The notes beneath the pieces were generated by a model that saw nothing but the letters and a program-made list of their open reading frames with translations, did not search any database and was not told the origin of the DNA. Shown piece after piece: positions 19,669-27,088 of a stretch of 64,000 nucleotides of DNA; position 1 is the stretch's first letter; each line of letters opens with the position of its first letter. The DNA comes from Thermoplasmata archaeon (GTDB lineage Archaea; Thermoplasmatota; Thermoplasmata; Lutacidiplasmatales; UBA184). The stretch covers positions 66,357-130,356 of the forward strand of contig DATJUJ010000036.1 in NCBI GenBank assembly GCA_035502475.1. The letters are read 5' to 3'. The translations under genes and the position numbers were made by a program.

Positions 19669-22155
19669 TCAGGGGGCGCTCGGCGCCGACGGCGGGGGCG
19701 CGTCTTCGTTCTGGGACGGGGCCGGTTTCGCCTTGCGGCGGGGGGTCCTCGCGCGGGCGGGACGCGCAGCGACCGGCGGCTCCGCGCCCGCCGCCGGGGT
19801 CGATCTCGGCTTCGCCGCGCGCCGGCGCTTCGGGGGGGCCGCCGCCCCGGGGGCCGACGCCTGCTCCTTCGCCTTCTCCTTGTGTCGGGTCGGGCACTCC
19901 GGGTTGATGCAGAGCGTCCACGGCGGCCGGCCCTGCTCGATCGCGGTGACGACCGGCGCCCGGCAGACCGGGCACGGCGGTTGGTCCTTCTCGAGCTTGC
20001 CGCGCTGCGGCAGCGGATACGTGACCCGACAGTTGGGGTAGCCCGAGCAGCCGACGAACCGCTTCCCCGCGAAGGAGTAGCGGATGTGGAGCGGACTGCC
20101 GCAGTTGGGGCAGGTCCCGATCCGGAACGCCTTGTGGTGCTCGGGGCAGTCCGGGTTGATGCAGTAGAGGTCGGGCCGCTGGCCGCGGAAGATGATCTTC
20201 ACGCGGGGGACCTTGCAGGTGGCGCACAGGAACTCCGGCGCGGGCTCGATGAAGCCCGCCGACGGGAGCGCATAGCTCGCCGTGCACGAGCCCGGGTTGT
20301 TGACGCACTGGACCCAGCGGGCCCCGCGCGGGCTGCGCCCGAGCTGCAGGGCACCGCCGCACTTCACGCACGGTCCGACGAACCGTTGCCGGTCGAGCGC
20401 CCCGGTCAAGGTCTCCTTCACGCCCTGCGCGTTGGCGGCGAGGAGCGCGTGCGCCTCGCGGAGCATCTCGCGCGACTCCTCGAGCACGTCGGCCTTCGGC
20501 TTCTTCGACTCGGCGACGAGCTCCATGTCCTCCTCGAGGCGGTGGGTCATCTCCGGTCGCGTGATCAGCGGCGCATGGGCCCGGAGCGCCTCGGTCACGG
20601 CGATCCCGGTCGACGTCGGTTCGAGCTGGCGCTGGTTCACGTAGTGCCGGTCGAACAGCTTCTGGAGGACGTCGTGCCGCGTGCTCTTCGTCCCGAGCCC
20701 GAGCCGCTCCATCTCCTGGATGAGCGAGCCCTGCGAGTAGCGCCGCGGGGGCTTCGTCTGGTCCTCGCGGAGCTCGATCCGGGGGATCCGTACGGTCTCC
20801 CCGACGACGAGCGCCGGCATCGGCGACTCCTCGGGGTGCGAGTACGGGTAGATCGCGTACCATCCGGGGTCGAGGACCGTCTGCCCCTTCCCCTCGAACC
20901 GCTCGCCCCGGATCTCGACCGCGGCGGTGCGGCTCCGGCTCCGGGCATCGGGTCCGAGGGTGGCGAGGAATCGACGGACGACGAGCTCGTACAGCTTCGC
21001 GTTGTCCGGGCGCAACTTCTTGGGGTCGACGTACGCGGTCGGGTAGATGGGCGGGTGGTCCGTCGTCTCGGTGCGGCCCCGGGTCGGGTGGAACGACGGC
21101 TGCGCGAGGACGAGCGCCGCCGCTTCGGCGAACGGGCCGTCCTGGAACTTCTCGACGAGGGTCCGGAGGCCCAGCCCCCGCGGGTAGACCGTGTTGTCCG
21201 TCCGGGGGTAGCTGATGAGCCCCGCGGTGTAGAGGTCCTCGGCGATCCGCATCGCGTACGCCGCCCCGAGCCCGAGGCGGGTCGCCTCCCCGACGAACAG
21301 CGTCGTCGAGAACGGCACGGGCGGTCGCCGCTTCGTCTCCTCCTCCGCGAACTCGCGGACGACCCCGTCCGGCGCGCCCTCGAGCCGGTGGAAGATCCGC
21401 TCCGCGTCGGCCTTCGACTCGAAGAGACCGTGCGCGTGGTGGAGGCCGAACTCCTCGCCGCCCTTCGCGCCGGTGGCGAGGATCTCCCAGAACGGGGTCG
21501 GCGTGAACTCCTTGATCGCCTGGTCGCGCTCGACGAGGAGCGCGAGCGTCGGGGTCTGGACCCGGCCCACGGAGAGGAAGCTCTTCCCGCGCTGCTGGGC
21601 GGTCAGCGAGAGGTAGCGGGTCAGGAGCGCGCCCCAGACGAGGTCGATCTCCTGGCGCGCCTCGCCGGCTTCCGCGAGCGCGCGGTCGAGGTCGGTCAGG
21701 TGCGCGAAGCTCTGCTCGATCTCCTCGCGGGTCAGCGCGCTGTAGCGCGCCCGCTTCACCTCGATGGTCGGGTGGACCTTCTGGAGCAGTTCGAGCGCCT
21801 CGAGCCCGATCAGCTCGCCCTCCCGGTCGAAGTCCGTCGCGATGATGACCCGGTCGAACCGGCGGACGATCGACTGCAGCGCGGCCACGATGCCGGTCTC
21901 GGTGACGCGCTTGTGCGGGACCGTCTCGAGGAGCTGCGGCAGGGTGTCGAGGCTCCACTCCGCGAGCTCCTTCGGGTAGTCGAGCTCGACGATGTGGCCG
22001 CGCAGGCCGAGGACCGCGTACGGGCCCTCGGGCCGCTCGAACTCGAAGACGTTCGTGCCCTCGATGCGCGAGCGCTTCATGCGGCCGTCCGACAGGACGA
22101 CGGCGATCCGCAGGGCGGTGTTGAACTTCTCAGCGACGACGAGCGTGCGGCTCAC
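19669..22155 (-). CDS. topA: DNA topoisomerase I (type IA) with four C-terminal zinc ribbons and a basic Pro/Ala/Lys tail
   Basis: Toprim TLVVAEKFNTA and IATDFDREGE. Active-site ISYPRTDN. Four CxxC..CxxxxC ribbons. GTG 22155 chosen because a TATA-like ATTTTATCTACC sits about 24-35 nt upstream; the track ORF extends to 22278. Confidence 0.92.
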   Translation of the reverse strand: MSRTLVVAEKFNTALRIAVVLSDGRMKRSRIEGTNVFEFERPEGPYAVLGLRGHIVELDYPKELAEWSLDTLPQLLETVPHKRVTETGIVAALQSIVRRFDRVIIATDFDREGELIGLEALELLQKVHPTIEVKRARYSALTREEIEQSFAHLTDLDRALAEAGEARQEIDLVWGALLTRYLSLTAQQRGKSFLSVGRVQTPTLALLVERDQAIKEFTPTPFWEILATGAKGGEEFGLHHAHGLFESKADAERIFHRLEGAPDGVVREFAEEETKRRPPVPFSTTLFVGEATRLGLGAAYAMRIAEDLYTAGLISYPRTDNTVYPRGLGLRTLVEKFQDGPFAEAAALVLAQPSFHPTRGRTETTDHPPIYPTAYVDPKKLRPDNAKLYELVVRRFLATLGPDARSRSRTAAVEIRGERFEGKGQTVLDPGWYAIYPYSHPEESPMPALVVGETVRIPRIELREDQTKPPRRYSQGSLIQEMERLGLGTKSTRHDVLQKLFDRHYVNQRQLEPTSTGIAVTEALRAHAPLITRPEMTHRLEEDMELVAESKKPKADVLEESREMLREAHALLAANAQGVKETLTGALDRQRFVGPCVKCGGALQLGRSPRGARWVQCVNNPGSCTASYALPSAGFIEPAPEFLCATCKVPRVKIIFRGQRPDLYCINPDCPEHHKAFRIGTCPNCGSPLHIRYSFAGKRFVGCSGYPNCRVTYPLPQRGKLEKDQPPCPVCRAPVVTAIEQGRPPWTLCINPECPTRHKEKAKEQASAPGAAAPPKRRRAAKPRSTPAAGAEPPVAARPARARTPRRKAKPAPSQNEDAPPPSAPSAP

Positions 22156-22178
22156 GGGACCCGTAAGAGGCGGCGCGC

Positions 22179-22190
22179 GGTAGATAAAAT
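22179..22190 (-). promoter_or_regulatory. TATA-like box (ATTTTATCTACC on the coding strand) for topA
   Basis: Only AT island in the topA upstream region. Spacing is compatible with a leaderless or short-leader mRNA starting at GTG 22155. Confidence 0.45.
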
Positions 22191-22301
22191 CGCGGGGGCG
22201 CCGGTCGGCGAGAACCGCCCTGAACGTGGGCGCGCGCGTTCGACCGGGACCCGGGCCGCGGTCCGGGCCAAACGGCAAGAACCGGACCTCCTTGCCGGGG
22301 C

Positions 22302-22796
22302 ATGGTCGCGCTCGAGAACCCGCCCGAGAACCCCTGCTTCGGCTGCGGACCCCTCCACCCCCGGGGCTTGCGCCTCCACTTCGAGCGGATCGTGGCGCCC
22401 GACGGGGTCGACGAGATCACCACGACGTTCGAGCCGGCGCCCGATGCGATCGGGTGGCCGGGGATCTTCCACACCGGCCTCCACTTCGCCGTGCTCTACG
22501 AAGCGTCCTATTGGACCGCCCTGACGCTCGGGGGCCGACTCATGGTCAGCACGGGGCCGGGGACGTACGAGCACCGTCGGCTCCCGCGCGTCGGGCGTCG
22601 GCACGTGGCGCGCGCCCGCTGGGGGGCGGAGGCGCCCGAGGGCCGGATCGTCACCGCCACGACCGAGACGGAGGACGGGAAGCCGTGCGGCTCGCTGCAG
22701 ACCTTCTGGCGACCGGTGCGCCGAGAGGAGATCGAGCGGGCCCACGTGCCGCTCCCCGACTACCTGCTCTCCGAGATCCCCGACTCCGCGCCCTGA
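22302..22796 (+). CDS. PaaI/hotdog-fold thioesterase superfamily protein
   Basis: 164-aa ORF with the N-terminal NPCFGCGPLHPRGLRLHF motif characteristic of PaaI-type thioesterases. Confidence 0.7.
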   Translation: MVALENPPENPCFGCGPLHPRGLRLHFERIVAPDGVDEITTTFEPAPDAIGWPGIFHTGLHFAVLYEASYWTALTLGGRLMVSTGPGTYEHRRLPRVGRRHVARARWGAEAPEGRIVTATTETEDGKPCGSLQTFWRPVRREEIERAHVPLPDYLLSEIPDSAP

Positions 22797-22817
22797 CTCC
22801 GCGGACCCGGTCACTTC

Positions 22818-22824
22818 TATTATA
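22818..22824 (+). promoter_or_regulatory. TATA box for tRNA-Phe
   Basis: TATTATA lies 25-31 nt upstream of the tRNA 5' end. Confidence 0.5.
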
Positions 22825-22848
22825 CCCGGGAAGTACCCGCTTCGGCGC

Positions 22849-22922
22849 GCCGCGGTAACTCAGTTTGGGAGAGTGCAAGACTGAAGATCTTGAAGCCGCC
22901 GGTTCAAGCCCGGCCCGCGGCA
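22849..22922 (+). tRNA. tRNA-Phe (anticodon GAA)
   Basis: 74-nt cloverleaf: acceptor GCCGCGG/CCGCGGC, D arm ACTC..GAGT, anticodon stem CAAGA/TCTTG with loop CTGAAGA, T arm GCCGG-TTCAAGC-CCGGC, discriminator A. Confidence 0.92.
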
Positions 22923-22939
22923 CCTCCTTCTCCGCCTCC

Positions 22940-23515
22940 ATGAGCGCGATCGGCCGGGATCCCGCGGGGCCTGGGCGCCGGTTCACCCGCTTTCGGCCCG
23001 GCCACGAACCGATCGGACCCGGCTACTCCGCCGTGCCGGGGAACGGGCTCTGCCTCTCGACGTTCCTGATCCTCCACCCTCCCGGCGACCGACGCCAGGT
23101 CCTTCTCGGTCGGCCCGACGTGGGCGGCCCCTGGCTCGAACGGGGCGGGCTCGATCCGGGGCGCCTCGCGGGCGTCGCGGACCGGTGGCTGCTCCCCGCG
23201 TGTCAGTGGCTCCTCTTCGAGGAGCCCCGCGCGTCGGCGGAGCGGATCGCCCGGGACCTCCTCGACTCCGCGCTCCCCCCGGTCACCGGGCCCGCGGTGT
23301 TCTCGGAGACCACCCCGCGGGCCAGCGCCGAGTCCTCGGACCCGCACTGGGACGTCCACTTCGTCTACGAGGGCGACTGGCCGACCGCCGCTCCCCCGAC
23401 GGCCCGGCTGTGGCGCGAGCTCGCGTTCCGCGACGTCGCCCGCGTGCGACGAGCGGAGATCGGGAGGAACCAGGCGGACATCCTCGACCTCGCCGGTCTG
23501 TCGCCGGCCCCCTAA
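22940..23515 (+). CDS. Hypothetical protein, possibly Nudix-fold with a degenerate Nudix box
   Basis: ATG 22940, in frame in track ORF 22865..23515 (whose 5' part overlaps tRNA-Phe). Contains GNGLCLSTFLILHP..VLLGR..WLLPACQWLLFEEPRASAERIARDLL. Confidence 0.45.
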   Translation: MSAIGRDPAGPGRRFTRFRPGHEPIGPGYSAVPGNGLCLSTFLILHPPGDRRQVLLGRPDVGGPWLERGGLDPGRLAGVADRWLLPACQWLLFEEPRASAERIARDLLDSALPPVTGPAVFSETTPRASAESSDPHWDVHFVYEGDWPTAAPPTARLWRELAFRDVARVRRAEIGRNQADILDLAGLSPAP

Positions 23516-23536
23516 GGGTCCGCGCCGTTCCGCGGA

Positions 23537-26455
23537 CTATCCCGTACCGGGAGGCGGGGGCGGAGGCGGCGGCGGACTGAAGACCGCGATCGGCGGGGGC
23601 GTCGTCCCTCCCCGGGTCCTGCCCCGTCGCGCCAGCAAGAGCCCCACGGCCGCCCCGAGCGCCAGGCCGACCACCAAGCCGATCGCGAGCCACGTCCCGC
23701 TGAAGCCGGTGCCGCTCGAGCTGCCCGAGCCGCTGGAGCCTCCGGGGCTCGAGGTCGTGTTGACCGTGACGTTGACGGAGCGGACCACCGAGTCCGAGGC
23801 CGAGTCGTTCGTCCACACGAACGCTTCGTACGTTCCCGCGGTCGCGTAGGTATGGGCCGGGTCCGCGACGGCGCTGGTGGCTCCGTCCCCGAACCGCCAG
23901 GCGTAGGTGTAGGGGGGGGCGCCGCCCGTAGCCGAGTCGCGGAACTGGACGGTCAACGGCGCCGGTCCACCGCCGACACTCGCCGACGCGTCCGCGAACA
24001 ACGGACTGCGCGCGGAGACGACGAGCGTGGTGGACGCCTGCGCTCCGAGCGCATCGGTGACGGTGAAGGTCACGGTGTAGTTGCCCCCCATCGCGAAGCC
24101 GTGCGTCGGGTCCGCCGCCGAAGAGCTCGTGCCGTCCCCGAACGTCCAGCGGTAGGCGTACGGCGCGACGCCGCCGACGGGGGCTCCCGTGAAGCTCACC
24201 GTGAGGGGCGCCGTCCCGGTCACGACGGGAGCGGAGGCGGTCGCCCCGACCACGTCGAACGCCCAGAGGTCGTTGTCCGGACCCGGGGACTGGGCCGGGC
24301 TTCCGCCGTAGAGGAGCAGCAAGCCGTCCGCCGGATCGTACGCGAGCCCGCCGCCGTTGCGGCCGCCCGGGTTCGACGGCGAGGCGAGCATGTTCGCGTC
24401 GGTGTTCGCGGTGAGCTCCGTCCAGGCGTGGTCCGCGAAGGACCAGGTGTCCCACGCGTCCAAGTAGCTGTACGGCCCCGCGATCAAGCCGCCGTAGAGG
24501 ACGAGGCTTGCCGTCTCGGGGTCCCACGCGGCCTGCGCGAACTCGCGGGCCTGCGGGGCGACCGTCTCGAGCGGTTCGGTCCAGGCGAGGTCGACGAGCT
24601 CCCACGTGTCCCCGAGGAGCTCTCCGTCGTCGTATCCGCCGAAGAGGATCGAGGCGTTCTCGGCCGGGTCGAAGACGAGGCTGGCGCCCTCGCGGCCCGG
24701 GGGCGGGGCCGGTTCGCTGAGCTGCCTCCAGGTGCCGTCGTAGGCCCAGGTGTCGGAGAAGTACTGGTAGGCCGAGGCGGTCGCGTTGTAGCCGTAGCCG
24801 CCGAAGAGCACGACGGTCGCGTCCCCCGCGTCGTACGCCATCGCCGCCCCGTACCGAGCCGTCGGCGCGGCCCCCGCGGTGGCGGTCCGGTTGGTCCACG
24901 CCCCCCCGGCAAAGGTCCAGGTCTGGTTCGTGAAGGTCGGGTTCCCGTGGGCGTCGAACCCTTCGCCGCTGAACAGCACGACCTCGTTGAGGGCGGAGTC
25001 GAACGCGATGCCGGCCTCCAGCAGCGGTGGCGGGGACAACGCGGGATGGAGCTGGGTCCAGTTGCCCTGGCTCCACGTCCAGGTGGCGTTGGTCGTCTCG
25101 GCGTAGTCGTTGCCCCCGCCGAAGAGGAGGACGTAGCCGTCCCGGGCGTCGTACACCATCGCGGGCGAGTAGACCCGGGGGCCGCTGGCTCCCGGCAGGG
25201 GCACGAGCTGCCAGGCGCTCCCCGAGAAGGTCCAGGTCGCCTGCGAGTCGTTGTACAGCTCCGCGTTGTATCCGCCGAAGAGGATCATCGGCCCCGACCC
25301 TTCCTCGGCCAGGCCGGCATCGTCGAGGGGTCCCGGCGTGGGGCCCGGGGGAGTCACGTTCGTCCACGAGCCGCCGGCGAAGGTCCACGTGTCGTTGTAC
25401 GCGACGTCCGTCGACTCGTTGTATCCTCCGTACATCACCACCTTCGAGAGGTCGGTGGAGTACGCCATCGCCTCGTCGTCGCGGCCGGGCGGCGCCGGGG
25501 ACGGCGAGAGCTCGGTCCACAGGCCGCCGGCGTAGGTCCAGGTGTCGTTGAACGAGTCGTAGTCGGTGGTGTTGAGCCCGCCGAACATCACGACCTCGTG
25601 GTCGGCGGCATCGTAGGCGAGCCCCGGCACGTTGCGGGGGGCGGGGCCCCCGGACGGGGTGCGGTTGACCCATCCCGAGGCGGCGTACGACCAGGTGCTG
25701 CCGAGGCTCACGTAGTCGCCGTTGACCCCGCCGAACACGAGCAGGTAGCCGTCCTGGGCGTCGTAGGCGGATCCCTGACCCCAGCTCGCGGGGGGCGCGG
25801 GAGCCCCCGCGACCGTCACGTTCGTCCAGACCCCGGCGTGGTACGTCCAGGTATCGTTGTCGACGTAGGGAGCGCCCAGGGACTCCTGACCGTACCCGCC
25901 GAAGAGCACGACCTCGCCGCCGCCGAGGGTCGGGTCGTAGACCAGCGTCTCGGCGTCCCGCGGCGAGGGCGCCTGCGCGGGGTGGAGCTGGGTCCACGCC
26001 CCGTCCGAGAAGATCCAGGTGTCGTTGGTGAGGTAGTAGGTGTACGTCGTGAGGCCGCCGCCGAACAGGAGGACGTAGCCGTCGGACGCGTCCCAGACGA
26101 GCGGAGCGTAGGCGCGCTGGAACGGAATCCGCGAGTCGGGGCCGGGGTCGAGGCTGCCCCAGACCGGGCCCGACGCGTTCGAGGTCGAGGAGACCGCACA
26201 CCGGGCGGCGTCGGGACCGCTGCTCGAGCAGCTCAACGCGGACCCGGCCGCGGGTCCGTCCCCGCGGGCGAGCGAGGCCGACGCCGCCGCGAGGGCCGTC
26301 GTACCGACGTCGGCCGCCGTGACCCCCGACGGGGCCGTCGCCGCCTCGGTCCGGGCCGCGCCCGGGATCGCCAGCAGCAGTACGGCGGCGATCAGCAGGA
26401 CCAGCCCGGGCGACGCGGGGCGGCGCCGCATCCCGGCCATCGATCGAGCGCGCAT
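23537..26455 (-). CDS. Large secreted/membrane-anchored protein: signal peptide, 12 Kelch-type repeats, 2 PKD domains, Ser-rich linker, C-terminal TM anchor and poly-Pro tail
   Basis: N-terminus MRARSMAGMRRRPASPGLVLLIAAVLLLAIPGA. Twelve (V/L)(L/M)(F/Y)GG..NDTW blades. WTFGDGTSS and WRFGDGATS PKD cores. WLAIGLVVGLALGAAVGLLLARRGR anchor. Many N-x-S/T sequons. ATG 26455 chosen (TATA-like box 20-30 nt upstream); the track ORF extends to 26512. Confidence 0.85.
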   Translation of the reverse strand: MRARSMAGMRRRPASPGLVLLIAAVLLLAIPGAARTEAATAPSGVTAADVGTTALAAASASLARGDGPAAGSALSCSSSGPDAARCAVSSTSNASGPVWGSLDPGPDSRIPFQRAYAPLVWDASDGYVLLFGGGLTTYTYYLTNDTWIFSDGAWTQLHPAQAPSPRDAETLVYDPTLGGGEVVLFGGYGQESLGAPYVDNDTWTYHAGVWTNVTVAGAPAPPASWGQGSAYDAQDGYLLVFGGVNGDYVSLGSTWSYAASGWVNRTPSGGPAPRNVPGLAYDAADHEVVMFGGLNTTDYDSFNDTWTYAGGLWTELSPSPAPPGRDDEAMAYSTDLSKVVMYGGYNESTDVAYNDTWTFAGGSWTNVTPPGPTPGPLDDAGLAEEGSGPMILFGGYNAELYNDSQATWTFSGSAWQLVPLPGASGPRVYSPAMVYDARDGYVLLFGGGNDYAETTNATWTWSQGNWTQLHPALSPPPLLEAGIAFDSALNEVVLFSGEGFDAHGNPTFTNQTWTFAGGAWTNRTATAGAAPTARYGAAMAYDAGDATVVLFGGYGYNATASAYQYFSDTWAYDGTWRQLSEPAPPPGREGASLVFDPAENASILFGGYDDGELLGDTWELVDLAWTEPLETVAPQAREFAQAAWDPETASLVLYGGLIAGPYSYLDAWDTWSFADHAWTELTANTDANMLASPSNPGGRNGGGLAYDPADGLLLLYGGSPAQSPGPDNDLWAFDVVGATASAPVVTGTAPLTVSFTGAPVGGVAPYAYRWTFGDGTSSSAADPTHGFAMGGNYTVTFTVTDALGAQASTTLVVSARSPLFADASASVGGGPAPLTVQFRDSATGGAPPYTYAWRFGDGATSAVADPAHTYATAGTYEAFVWTNDSASDSVVRSVNVTVNTTSSPGGSSGSGSSSGTGFSGTWLAIGLVVGLALGAAVGLLLARRGRTRGGTTPPPIAVFSPPPPPPPPPGTG

Positions 26456-26474
26456 GCCGGTCGACCGGGGAAGG

Positions 26475-26484
26475 GGTAGATAGT
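26475..26484 (-). promoter_or_regulatory. TATA-like box (ACTATCTACC on the coding strand) for the Kelch/PKD gene
   Basis: Same TATCTACC core as upstream of folD and topA. About 20 nt from ATG 26455. Confidence 0.4.
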
Positions 26485-26560
26485 CGCTCCGCCGGCATTC
26501 ACGCCCATCCATCGACCGCGCCCGGCGGCCGCTCGCCGGGCGGGGCTCGACGCGTCTCCG

Positions 26561-27088
26561 CTACTTCGACGGCACGAACCAGACGTCGGTGATCGAGTAC
26601 TTCGGGTTCGGATCGAACCGCGCCTCGACCGGCATGCCGACGTAGAGGTCCGACTCCACGCAGTCCTTGAGCCGGGCCAGCAGCACGCTGCCGACGCCGG
26701 CGAACTCCACGAGCGCGAGGTTGTACGGCGTCTCCTTCAGGAACGCTTCGCTGCCGAAGTGGCAGGTCGTCCACGAGTGGAGCCGGCCTTTCGTCGGCAG
26801 ATCGATCCACTCCGTCGGCGAGCCGCAGACCATGCAGTGGCTGCGCGGGGTCGCGAAGACGAAGCCGCACTTCACGCGGCGGCACTTCGATCCCCTCAGC
26901 TTCCCTTCCGCGAGCCCGAGGAAGAACGGGGAGTCCTCGGCGTAGCTGTGGATGTAGTTGATCTGGTACGGGAACTTGATGACGAGGCTCTCGACGCCGT
27001 CCGTGTCGCGGTAGATCGCGGCGCCCGAGCGCTCGAGCTCGGCCTGGACCTCCCGGAACTTCGAGTACGTCGGGGGACGGGCCCTCAT
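26561..27088 (-). CDS. DUF35-family protein (rubredoxin-like zinc ribbon plus OB fold)
   Basis: ATG 27088 in frame in track ORF 26561..28186. Contains CRRVKCGFVFATPRSHCMVCG followed by an OB-like segment. ATGA overlap with the upstream thiolase-fold gene. Confidence 0.8.
   Translation of the reverse strand: MRARPPTYSKFREVQAELERSGAAIYRDTDGVESLVIKFPYQINYIHSYAEDSPFFLGLAEGKLRGSKCRRVKCGFVFATPRSHCMVCGSPTEWIDLPTKGRLHSWTTCHFGSEAFLKETPYNLALVEFAGVGSVLLARLKDCVESDLYVGMPVEARFDPNPKYSITDVWFVPSK

Noticed and set aside
22865-22939. N-terminal extension of track ORF 22865..23515 (TTG start).
   Set aside because: It lies inside tRNA-Phe (22849..22922). The first ATG after the tRNA (22940) is the plausible start.
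23283-26498. 1071-aa minus-strand ORF and 875-aa plus-strand ORF (23852..26479) over the Kelch/PKD gene.
   Set aside because: These are alternative frames of the 23537..26455 gene. Their composition is Arg/Gly/Pro-rich junk, whereas the chosen frame shows twelve regular Kelch repeats, PKD cores, a signal peptide and a TM anchor.
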